From assembly GCA_038207335.1 (NCBI GenBank), contig JBBQZX010000002.1:274577-338576 (forward strand): 64,000 bases of DNA. The letters are read 5' to 3'. The translations under genes and the position numbers were made by a program. Positions 52,816-61,207 of this stretch are shown here, one piece after another (within the stretch, counting starts at the first letter, position 1; every line of letters starts with the position of its first letter). Origin of the DNA: Chthoniobacterales bacterium (GTDB taxonomy: Bacteria; Verrucomicrobiota; Verrucomicrobiia; Chthoniobacterales; Chthoniobacteraceae). Below the pieces are notes generated by a model, which worked only from the letters and a program-made list of their open reading frames with translations, made no database searches and was not told the origin of the DNA.

Positions 52816-53715
52816 ATGATCGAACTCCGCGGCCTGGCAAAAACTTTCCACGGGAAACCGGCGCTGCATCCGCTCACGCTCGAGGTGCAGCGGGGTGAGA
52901 TTTTCGGCCTGCTCGGGCACAATGGTGCGGGGAAGAGCACGACGTTTGGCATGATGCTCGGGCAGATTTATCCGGACGCGGGCGAGGCATTCATCGGCGG
53001 CGTGTCGGTGCAGCGCGAGCGGTCGCGGGCGCTGGCGAAAGTGGGCGCGATCTTCGAGGCGCCCGGCTTTTACGAATACTTGAGCGGCTGGCGAAATCTG
53101 GAAATCCTCGCCGCGTATTCCGCGCATGTGCCGCGTCGCGAACTCGAGGAAGCGGTTGAAATCGTGGGCCTCACCGGACGCATCGGCGATCCGGTGCGCA
53201 CCTACAGCCACGGCATGCGGCAGCGGCTCGCGCTCGCACAGGCGCTCGTCCCCGCGCCGGAGTTGGTGCTGCTCGACGAGCCGACCGAAGGGCTCGACCC
53301 CGAGGGCATTCACGAAATCCGTTCGCTCATCCAAAAGCTCAACCGCGAGCGCGGGCTGACCGTCCTCTTTTCCTCGCACCTCCTGAGCGAAGTCGAGCAG
53401 CTCTGCGACCGCGTCGCCGTGCTGAATCAGGGCCGCAAAATCTTCGACGGACGCTGGAGCGAAATTGCGTCGGACACCGTGCAAGTCCGGCTCGACGTGA
53501 ACGACTGGACCGCCGCCACAGCAGCGCTCGCAGACCTCTCCGGGGTGAAAGTCGTGTCGCACGGGCTCATCACCGTCGCGGCGGAAGCGCACGTCGCGGA
53601 TGTCGTGGAAAAGCTCGTCGCCGCGCGAGTGCGCGTGAACGCGGTCGAACCGGTGCGGCGAAGCTTGGAACAGATTTATTTGGAAATGATTGGAGCTGAA
53701 GCCTCTTTCAACTGA
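52816..53715 (+). CDS. ABC transporter ATP-binding protein
   Basis: GHNGAGKST, YSHGMRQRL, LLDEP, SSH. Confidence 0.95.
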   Translation: MIELRGLAKTFHGKPALHPLTLEVQRGEIFGLLGHNGAGKSTTFGMMLGQIYPDAGEAFIGGVSVQRERSRALAKVGAIFEAPGFYEYLSGWRNLEILAAYSAHVPRRELEEAVEIVGLTGRIGDPVRTYSHGMRQRLALAQALVPAPELVLLDEPTEGLDPEGIHEIRSLIQKLNRERGLTVLFSSHLLSEVEQLCDRVAVLNQGRKIFDGRWSEIASDTVQVRLDVNDWTAATAALADLSGVKVVSHGLITVAAEAHVADVVEKLVAARVRVNAVEPVRRSLEQIYLEMIGAEASFN

Positions 53716-54560
53716 TGAGCCTCTTTTTCACCCAGCTCCTCGGCGAGCTGCAGAAGCTCTTCGGACGGAAGCGCACTTACATCGGATTTGGCGCGTTTTT
53801 TGCCATCGAACTCATCGTGCTCGGGTTGCTTCAGCTCCCGAAAGTGCAGCTCTCTTTTCGCCGTCTCATCGAGCGCGCGGGCTACGGATTTGAAGAATAT
53901 TTCTCCGGCCTCACGCTCGCGTTTTTGATCCTGAGCTGGACGATTTTTCTCCTCGGCGCGCTCTATCTCTCGCTTGTCTCCGGCGATGTCGTGAGCAAGG
54001 AAGTCGAGGAAGGCACGATGCGCATGATGCTCTGCCGACCCGTCTCGCGCGCCCGTCTGCTGCTACTCAAATACTCGGCATGCGCGATTTACACGTTCGT
54101 CCTGATCATTTTCATCGGCATCACCGCGCTCATCACCGGACTGCTGCGGCAGGGCATCGGCGGCATGTTCGTATTTGCGCCGCTGGAGGGGATCTTTGCG
54201 CTTTACGATTTCCACGAAGGCTTCTGGCGATACCTATGCGCGCTGCCGCTGCTCGCGCTGAGCCTCATGACGATCACCTCGCTCGGCTTCATGCTCTCGT
54301 GCTTCAACATGAAGCCGGCGGCCGCCACGATCTGCACGCTCTCGGGCTTTTTCGTGGACTTCATTTTCCGCGGCATCCCGTATTTCGAGAGCCTGAAAGT
54401 CTATTTCATGACCGCGCACATGGGCACTTGGGCGAATATTTTCCAGGCCCGCATTCCCGGCCTTCAGATCGTGGAAGATTACGCCTACCTGCTGGCGCTC
54501 GACGCCACGTTCGTCATCATCGGCATGATGAATTTCCAGCGCCGCGATTTTAAATCGTAA
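53715..54560 (+). CDS. ABC-2 type permease
   Basis: EVEEGTMRMMLCRPVSR...K, six TM segments, FQRRDF. Confidence 0.9.
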   Translation: MSLFFTQLLGELQKLFGRKRTYIGFGAFFAIELIVLGLLQLPKVQLSFRRLIERAGYGFEEYFSGLTLAFLILSWTIFLLGALYLSLVSGDVVSKEVEEGTMRMMLCRPVSRARLLLLKYSACAIYTFVLIIFIGITALITGLLRQGIGGMFVFAPLEGIFALYDFHEGFWRYLCALPLLALSLMTITSLGFMLSCFNMKPAAATICTLSGFFVDFIFRGIPYFESLKVYFMTAHMGTWANIFQARIPGLQIVEDYAYLLALDATFVIIGMMNFQRRDFKS

Positions 54561-54599
54561 GCGGGGGAAAACCGCGCAAGCCTCGGTTCAACACGGCGC

Positions 54600-55085
54600 T
54601 CATTGCCAGAGCGCCGCGGTGAGGAAAAGCGCGATCATCGCGATGCCGATGCCCACTTTCGCGAGCATTCCGGCGGTGGTGCCGATGAGCGTGCCCCACG
54701 TCGATTTGCCGGCGGGCAGCAGGCTTTTGCCACCGAGCAACTCGCCGACGAGCACGCCGATGAGCGGCCCCACGAAGATGCCGATGAGCCCGAAGAACAG
54801 CCCGACGATGCCGCCAAGAATCCCGCCGATCGCGCCCCATTTCGTCGCGCCAAACCACTTCGCGCCGATCGAGCCACTCAGCAACTCGACCGCAAACGAC
54901 AGCAGCGTGAGTGCAGCCAGCATGGCGATCGTCCACCAACCGACGCTGTGCGCCGCGCCGAGCATCAGATGATGAATAACCGCTGCCGCGAGGATGATCG
55001 TCGTCCCCGGCAGCAGCGGCAAGACCGTCCCGACGAGCCCGATGGCCATGAGCAGCAGCGTGATCGCCCACCAGATCGTTTGCAT
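54600..55085 (-). CDS. DUF456 membrane protein
   Basis: GLVGTVLPLLPG, GAKWFGATKWG, GPLIGVLVGEL. Confidence 0.88.
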   Translation of the reverse strand: MQTIWWAITLLLMAIGLVGTVLPLLPGTTIILAAAVIHHLMLGAAHSVGWWTIAMLAALTLLSFAVELLSGSIGAKWFGATKWGAIGGILGGIVGLFFGLIGIFVGPLIGVLVGELLGGKSLLPAGKSTWGTLIGTTAGMLAKVGIGIAMIALFLTAALWQ

Positions 55086-55176
55086 TCAGTCTCGGAGATT
55101 TAGCATTTGTCGCCAGCGGCGGCTGAAAGTATCAACCGCGTTCGCTCACTTCCTAAACCCTAAATTCAAAATTCAT

Positions 55177-55656
55177 ATGGCTCTTCCCGTTGGCAGCAAA
55201 GCACCCGATTTCACCCTCAAGTCCAAGACCGCGGACGGGCTCAGGGACGTCAAACTCAGCGACTCGCTCGGCCAGAAAAACACTCTCGTGCTCTTCTTCC
55301 CACTCGCCTTCACCGGCGTCTGCACGGCGGAAATGTGCGACATCACCGGCGGGCTGAATTCATACGCCGACATGAATGCCGAAGTGATCGGCGTGAGCGT
55401 GGACAGCCCGTTTGCGCAAGAGGCTTGGGCGCTAAAGGAGAAGATCGGCGTGACGCTCGTGAGCGACCTGAACAAGACGACCGCGACAAATTACGGCGTG
55501 CTCCTCGACGACCTCGTCGGGCTCGGCGCGGTATCGGCGCGCGCGGCGTTCATAGTGGATAAAGAGGGTGTCATCCAATACAGCGAGCAGACGCCGACGC
55601 CGAAAGATTTGCCGGATTTCGACGCGATCAAAGCGAAGCTCAGCGAGCTGAAGTAG
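55177..55656 (+). CDS. 1-Cys peroxiredoxin (AhpE/Bcp-like redoxin)
   Basis: APDFTL, FFPLAFTGVCTAEMC, GVSVDS, RAAFIVD. Confidence 0.92.
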   Translation: MALPVGSKAPDFTLKSKTADGLRDVKLSDSLGQKNTLVLFFPLAFTGVCTAEMCDITGGLNSYADMNAEVIGVSVDSPFAQEAWALKEKIGVTLVSDLNKTTATNYGVLLDDLVGLGAVSARAAFIVDKEGVIQYSEQTPTPKDLPDFDAIKAKLSELK

Positions 55657-55674
55657 AGCGCAGAGCGCAGCTCT

Positions 55675-55814
55675 GGGTAGCGCACGCGTCCCGGTATTGG
55701 TCGAGTCGTTCCGACTCGACGAACTTTTGCGGCGACGATTTTTTGAGACGGCGCCGTTCGGAAAGTCGTCGCGGCGAGACGTCGCAACCGACACGCGCGA
55801 CGCGTGCGCGACCC
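55675..55814. repeat. REPIN-like palindromic element
   Basis: Terminal IRs GGGTAGCGCACGCGTC / GACGCGTGCGCGACCC (15/16), internal hairpin GTCGAGTCG-TTC-CGACTCGAC. Confidence 0.75.
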
Positions 55815-55884
55815 GGAATTCTGACCGCGCGCTTGCCCCACCGCGCCGCGTCCGCTTTTCTCTCCCGTTTAGTTTTCCACGACC

Positions 55885-58758
55885 ATGCAAGACGCGTTTC
55901 AAACTCTCCAAACTTTCGACCTCGGCGGCGGCAAAACCGGCCGCTTCTATTCACTCCCCGCGCTCGAAAAATCCGGCGTCGGCCCGATCTCGCGGCTGCC
56001 CGTCAGCATCCGCATCGTGCTCGAGTCGGTGCTGCGAAACTGCGACGGCAAAAAGGTCTGCGAGGACGACGTTCGCCGTCTCGCGAACTGGAACGCGAAG
56101 TCGCCCGAGCAGGTCGAAATCCCGTTCGTCGTCGCGCGTGTCGTGTTGCAGGATTTCACCGGCGTGCCGCTGCTCGTCGATCTCGCCGCGATGCGCTCGA
56201 CCGTCTCGCGCATGGGCCGCGACCCGAAAATGATCGAGCCGCTCGTGCCTGTCGATCTCGTCGTCGATCACTCCGTGCAGGTCGATTTTTTCGGCGCTGC
56301 CGACTCGTTGGAAAAGAACCTCGATCTTGAATTCAAGCGCAACCGCGAGCGTTACCAGCTCCTCAAATGGGGCCAGCAAGCCTTCAAAACCTTCGGCGTC
56401 GTGCCGCCCGGAATCGGCATCGTGCATCAGGTCAATCTCGAGTATCTCGCGAAAGGCGTGCTGTCGGATTCGTCGAAGGTTTTCTACCCCGACACGCTCG
56501 TCGGCACCGACTCACACACGACGATGATCAACGGCCTCGGCGTCGTCGGCTGGGGCGTCGGCGGCATCGAGGCGGAGGCGGGAATGCTCGGGCAGCCCGT
56601 CTATTTTCTGACGCCGGAAGTCATCGGCGTGAACCTCACCGGCAAGCTCAGCGAAGGCGTCACCGCGACCGACCTCGTCCTGCACATCACGCAGATGCTG
56701 CGGAAAGCGAAAGTCGTCGGCAAATTCGTCGAGTTCTTTGGCGAAGGCGCGGCGTCCCTCCCGGTCACGGATCGCGCGACGATCGGCAACATGGCGCCCG
56801 AGTATGGCGCGACGATGGGCTTCTTCCCGATCGACGAACGCACCGTCGAATACCTCCGCGCGACTGGGCGGCCCGATGATTTGGTCGTTGCTTTCGAAAG
56901 CTACTACCGCGCGCAGGGCTTGTGGGGCGTGCCGCGAAAAGGCGAAGTCGATTACACCGTCGAGCTCGAGCTCGACATGGCGACCGTCGTCCCCGCAGTC
57001 GCCGGGCCGCGCCGCCCGCAGGATCGCATCGCGCTGCCGGAGTTGGGTGAAAAATTCCGCGAACTCTTCGGCAAAGCGGTCGCGGACGGCGGCTACAATA
57101 AAGACATCGCGGAGATCGGCCAGCGCTACGATGTCCACATCAACGGCGACGTGGCCGCGGAGGGCGCGCACCTTTTCTCCACCGACGCCGCGAGCGCCAC
57201 GACCCACATGGTCGAGGGCACGCCGCAGAACGTCGCCGAGATGGTCACCAACCGCCCGACCGCCACGCCCGCGCACGATCTCGACGCGATGCCCGACACG
57301 CCTTACCAGCGCGCCGACATCCGCATCGGGCACGGCAGCGTTCTCATCGCGGCGATCACGAGCTGCACGAATACGTCGAATCCCAGCGTCATGCTCGCCG
57401 CCGGTTTGCTTGCGAAAAAGGCCGTCGAGCGCGGGCTGCGCGTCGATCCGAGCGTGAAGACTTCGCTCGCTCCGGGAAGCCGCGTCGTGACCGACTACCT
57501 CGCGAAGACCGGCCTCCAGCCTTACTTCGACGCCCTCGGCTTCAACATCGTCGGGTACGGCTGCACGACGTGCATCGGCAACAGCGGGCCGCTCCACGCG
57601 CGCATCGAGGAGGCGATCACGTCGCACGATTTGATCGCCGCGAGCGTGCTCAGCGGCAACCGCAACTTCGAGGCGCGCGTCCATCAGAACATCAAGGCGA
57701 ACTTCCTCATGTCGCCGCCGCTCGTCGTCGCATTTGCGCTCGCGGGGCGCGTCGATCTCGATCTTTCCAGCGACCCGCTCGGCAAGGACAAGAGCGGCAA
57801 GGACGTCTTCCTGCGCGATCTCTGGCCGACGCTCGACGAAGTGCAGGCCGCGATGTCCAGCGCGCTTTCGCCTGATGTCTTCCGCAGGCTCTACAGCGAT
57901 TTCGCGGAGCAAAATCCCAAGTGGAACGAGATCCCCGCCAGCACCGGCGAGGTCTATGCCTGGGACGAACACAGCACCTACATCCAAGAGCCGCCGTTCT
58001 TCAAAGACTTCGGCATGACCGTCGGGAGCATCTGTGAAATCAAGCGTGCGCGCGCCCTCGGCATCTTCGGCGACAGCGTCACGACCGACCACATTAGCCC
58101 CGCCGGCGCGATCAAGAAGACCTCGCCCGCCGGTCACTATTTGATCGAGCACGACGTCCAGAGCGACGACTTCAACAGCTACGGCAGCCGCCGCGGCAAC
58201 GACCGCGTCATGACCCGCGGCACCTTTGCCAATGTCCGCATCAAGAACCTCATGGTCCCCGGCGTCGAGGGCGGCGTCACCAAGCACCAGCCCGACGGCG
58301 CGGTCATGTCCATCTTCGACGCCGCCATCAAATACCAGTCCGCCGGCACGCCCCTCGTCATCTTCGCCGGACAGGAGTACGGCACCGGCAGCTCGCGCGA
58401 TTGGGCGGCGAAAGGCACGAAACTCCTCGGCGTCCGCGCCGTCGTCGCCGCGAGCTTCGAGCGCATCCACCGGTCGAATCTCGTCGGCATGGGCGTGCTC
58501 CCGCTCCAGTTCCCCGAGGGCGTTTCCGCGCAGACGCTCGGGCTCGATGGAAGCGAGACCTTCGACATCATCGGCCTCGGCGAAGACCCCAAGCCCATGA
58601 GCACCGTCACCCTCATCGTCTATCGCGCCGACGGCTCCGCGCAGGAAATCCCCCTCCGTAGCCGCATCGATACCGCCATCGAAGTCGATTACTACCGCCA
58701 CGGCGGCATCCTCCCCTTCGTCCTCCGCCAGCTCCTCGCGGCCCCCGAGAACGCCTGA
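55885..58758 (+). CDS. acnA: Aconitate hydratase A
   Basis: [54 protein letters not shown]. Confidence 0.98.
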   Translation: MQDAFQTLQTFDLGGGKTGRFYSLPALEKSGVGPISRLPVSIRIVLESVLRNCDGKKVCEDDVRRLANWNAKSPEQVEIPFVVARVVLQDFTGVPLLVDLAAMRSTVSRMGRDPKMIEPLVPVDLVVDHSVQVDFFGAADSLEKNLDLEFKRNRERYQLLKWGQQAFKTFGVVPPGIGIVHQVNLEYLAKGVLSDSSKVFYPDTLVGTDSHTTMINGLGVVGWGVGGIEAEAGMLGQPVYFLTPEVIGVNLTGKLSEGVTATDLVLHITQMLRKAKVVGKFVEFFGEGAASLPVTDRATIGNMAPEYGATMGFFPIDERTVEYLRATGRPDDLVVAFESYYRAQGLWGVPRKGEVDYTVELELDMATVVPAVAGPRRPQDRIALPELGEKFRELFGKAVADGGYNKDIAEIGQRYDVHINGDVAAEGAHLFSTDAASATTHMVEGTPQNVAEMVTNRPTATPAHDLDAMPDTPYQRADIRIGHGSVLIAAITSCTNTSNPSVMLAAGLLAKKAVERGLRVDPSVKTSLAPGSRVVTDYLAKTGLQPYFDALGFNIVGYGCTTCIGNSGPLHARIEEAITSHDLIAASVLSGNRNFEARVHQNIKANFLMSPPLVVAFALAGRVDLDLSSDPLGKDKSGKDVFLRDLWPTLDEVQAAMSSALSPDVFRRLYSDFAEQNPKWNEIPASTGEVYAWDEHSTYIQEPPFFKDFGMTVGSICEIKRARALGIFGDSVTTDHISPAGAIKKTSPAGHYLIEHDVQSDDFNSYGSRRGNDRVMTRGTFANVRIKNLMVPGVEGGVTKHQPDGAVMSIFDAAIKYQSAGTPLVIFAGQEYGTGSSRDWAAKGTKLLGVRAVVAASFERIHRSNLVGMGVLPLQFPEGVSAQTLGLDGSETFDIIGLGEDPKPMSTVTLIVYRADGSAQEIPLRSRIDTAIEVDYYRHGGILPFVLRQLLAAPENA

Positions 58759-58764
58759 CCCGCG

Positions 58765-59865
58765 ATGCTCGGCCAGCTCCTCCTCACCGGCGTGCCCGGC
58801 ACCGTCCTCGACCCCGACACCGCCGCCACCTTCCGCCGCATCCAGCCCGGCGGGTTCATCCTCTTCGGGAGAAACATCGAGGGCCCCGCGCAATTGCGGA
58901 AGCTCATCGACGACCTCCGCGACGTCTGCGTCGTCGAGCCCATCATCACCATCGACCAGGAAGGCGGCCGCGTCTCCCGGCTGAAGCTCATCGGCAACGA
59001 GCCCCCCAACGCCAACGCCCTCCGCGACCGCGGCGACCTCGCGCTCATCGAGCGCCACGGCCACGTCACCGGCCGCCTCCTCCGCATCTTCGGCTTCAAC
59101 CTCGACCTCTGCCCCGTCCTCGACATCTCCTTCGACGACGCCGCCGATAATTCCCTCCGCGGCCGCTGCTACGGCCACGACGTCGCGCAGGTCATCGCCA
59201 ACGCCACCGCCTTCAACGACGGCCTCCGCGCCGAGCGCATCCTCAGTTGCGGCAAACACTTCCCCGGCTACTCCCGCGCCCCCCTCGACGCCCACCACGA
59301 GCTCCCCACCATCGCCCTCTCCCGCGCCGAACTCGACGCTCACGAGCTCGCCGTCTTCCGCCACTTCTGCACCCGCGAGCCCAGCCCCGTCGATTCCATG
59401 ATGATCGGCCACGCCTTCTACCCCGCCCTCGAGAAAAGCGAGACCCCCTCCTCCCTCAGCCGCGCCGTCATCACCGACCTCCTCCGCGGCGAGCTCGGCT
59501 TCCGCGGCCTCGTCATGACCGACGACCTCGACATGGGCGCCATCCTCAACCACTTCGGCCTCGAAGAAACCATCCGCCTCGCCATCACCGCCGGCAACGA
59601 CCTCGCCATGATCTGCCACCGCATCCCCTGCGTCGAGGAGGCCCTCAGATTCCTCGAAAAAGTCGCCCGCCCCGAGCTCGATCGCGCCCTCGAAAATGTC
59701 GCCGCCTTCAAAAAGACCATGACACCCGCCGACGCATGGGACGAAGACGAATTCCACCGTCGCGACGGCGAAGTCTGGGACCTCCGCCTCGCCACCCTCG
59801 GCCCCGAACGCGCCTCCCAGCGCAGCCCCGAAGACGGCGCCCGCTCCCCCGTCGAGACCTACTGA
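58765..59865 (+). CDS. nagZ: GH3 beta-N-acetylhexosaminidase
   Basis: IDQEGGRVSR, KHFPGY...DAH, MTDDLDMGA. Confidence 0.9.
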   Translation: MLGQLLLTGVPGTVLDPDTAATFRRIQPGGFILFGRNIEGPAQLRKLIDDLRDVCVVEPIITIDQEGGRVSRLKLIGNEPPNANALRDRGDLALIERHGHVTGRLLRIFGFNLDLCPVLDISFDDAADNSLRGRCYGHDVAQVIANATAFNDGLRAERILSCGKHFPGYSRAPLDAHHELPTIALSRAELDAHELAVFRHFCTREPSPVDSMMIGHAFYPALEKSETPSSLSRAVITDLLRGELGFRGLVMTDDLDMGAILNHFGLEETIRLAITAGNDLAMICHRIPCVEEALRFLEKVARPELDRALENVAAFKKTMTPADAWDEDEFHRRDGEVWDLRLATLGPERASQRSPEDGARSPVETY

Positions 59866-59874
59866 CCGCGCGCC

Positions 59875-60178
59875 GCCAGCGACAAGGGCCCGCTCTTCGT
59901 GGCCAACCTCATGACCGGCGCAAGCGGCGCAGCCGGACCCGGAGGCATCCTTGCCGCCAGCGACACCGGCCTATGGGCCATGAGCGGCTCCGGTGCCCTG
60001 CGCAAGCTCCTGCAAGAAGGCCGACCCGCTCGGCGGCACGACGGTGAGGAGCTTCGTCACGCTGGCCGCGAGCAGCGGCAGCGCCGGCACGCGCCGCAGC
60101 TTCGCCGCCGACGGCACCGTCGCCGCCCGCGTCTATTTCACCGACGGCGCCCAGGCCATCTACACGATCAGCGTCCCG
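59875..60178 (+). pseudogene. C-terminal remnant of an extracellular repeat protein, frameshift at about 60022
   Basis: GPLFVANL...SDTGLWAMSGSGALRKLLQEG / DPLGGTTVRSFVTL...RSFAADG...VYFTDGAQAIYTISVP; no 5' part. Confidence 0.55.
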
Positions 60179-60312
60179 CAGCCGTTCGGTCACCCCGCCA
60201 GTTGTAGGGCGTTCCTTGCCCTCGTGCGTCGGCTTCTCGAAAGATGCCGGCCGCGAACCGTTCCCGTTTGCCGAACGACCCTCCGCCCTGCATCTTCAGG
60301 GGCTTTTCACCA

Positions 60313-61032
60313 ATGCGCGTCACCATTTTCATCCCCTGCTTCATCGACTCGCTCTACCCGCACGTCGGCGTCGCCATCGTGAAGGTGCTCGAACGGCTCG
60401 GGCACGAGGTGCTCTACCCCGAGGGGCAGACGTGCTGCGGGCAGCCACCTTTTAACTCCGGCTACTGGGACGAGGCGCGCGTCGTAGCCGCGCGGCAGAT
60501 GGAGTTCTTCAAAGATGCCGAGGTCGTTGTTTCCGCATCCGGTTCGTGCGGCGCGATGTTCAAGAAGTTTTACCCCGAGCTCTTCCACGGCCACCCGCAG
60601 GAGGCCGCCGCGCGCTCGCTGTCAGAGCGCACATTCGAATTCTCCGACTTCCTCGTGAACAAGCTCGGCGTCCGCGATGTCGGCGCGAGGTTCGATGGGC
60701 GTGTGACTTTCCACGACGGCTGCCACGGCCTCCGCGAACTCGGCACCAAGGAGGAACCGCGCGAGCTGCTTCGGGCGGTCAAGGGGCTGGAGCTGGTCGA
60801 GATGAGCGAGGGCGCGAGTTGCTGCGGGTTCGGCGGGATGTTCGCGGTGAAATTCCCTGAAATATCGACTGCGATGGCGGAGGTGAAGTGCAACTCGATC
60901 CTCGAGACAGGCGTCGAGACAGTCGTGAGCAACGACTCGAGCTGCCTCATGCAAATCCAAGGTTGGCTCAACAAAAATAGCGCCCGCACGGTGAAGAGCC
61001 TGCACCTCGCCGAGGTGCTGGCACAGCAGTAG
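60313..61032 (+). CDS. LutA/YkgE-like (Fe-S)-binding CCG-domain protein
   Basis: FIPCFID, QTCCGQP, SGSCGAM, HDGCHGLR, CCGFGGMF, SCLMQI. Confidence 0.9.
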   Translation: MRVTIFIPCFIDSLYPHVGVAIVKVLERLGHEVLYPEGQTCCGQPPFNSGYWDEARVVAARQMEFFKDAEVVVSASGSCGAMFKKFYPELFHGHPQEAAARSLSERTFEFSDFLVNKLGVRDVGARFDGRVTFHDGCHGLRELGTKEEPRELLRAVKGLELVEMSEGASCCGFGGMFAVKFPEISTAMAEVKCNSILETGVETVVSNDSSCLMQIQGWLNKNSARTVKSLHLAEVLAQQ

Positions 61033-61133
61033 CGGGGCTGCCCTTTTGGAATAGTGGATGGGTTCCACGTTCGCTCTAAGTGTGCGCGATTCAATCAAGG
61101 TCTGCCGCTCTGGATGCTCACCCATCTCTTCTC

Positions 61134-61169
61134 AAAAGCAAAACGCCTCTCCCGTTGAGGAGAGGCGTT
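61134..61169 (-). terminator. Rho-independent terminator after the PEP-CTERM gene
   Basis: AACGCCTCTCC-loop-GGAGAGGCGTT followed by TTGCTTTT on the minus strand. Confidence 0.75.
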
Positions 61170-61207
61170 CGCAGATTTTCCTGCGGCGTTGAAGCCGCGG
61201 GGAGGGA

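Noticed and set aside
57100..57330. Insertion in AcnA as an intein or mobile insert
   Set aside because: No intein terminal motifs; AcnA commonly has a variable linker at this position
56512..59757. 1081-aa antisense ORF (also 25167-27188, 6778-8466, 10002-11441, 39618-40853)
   Set aside because: Shadow ORFs opposite well-supported genes, expected with high GC3 codon bias
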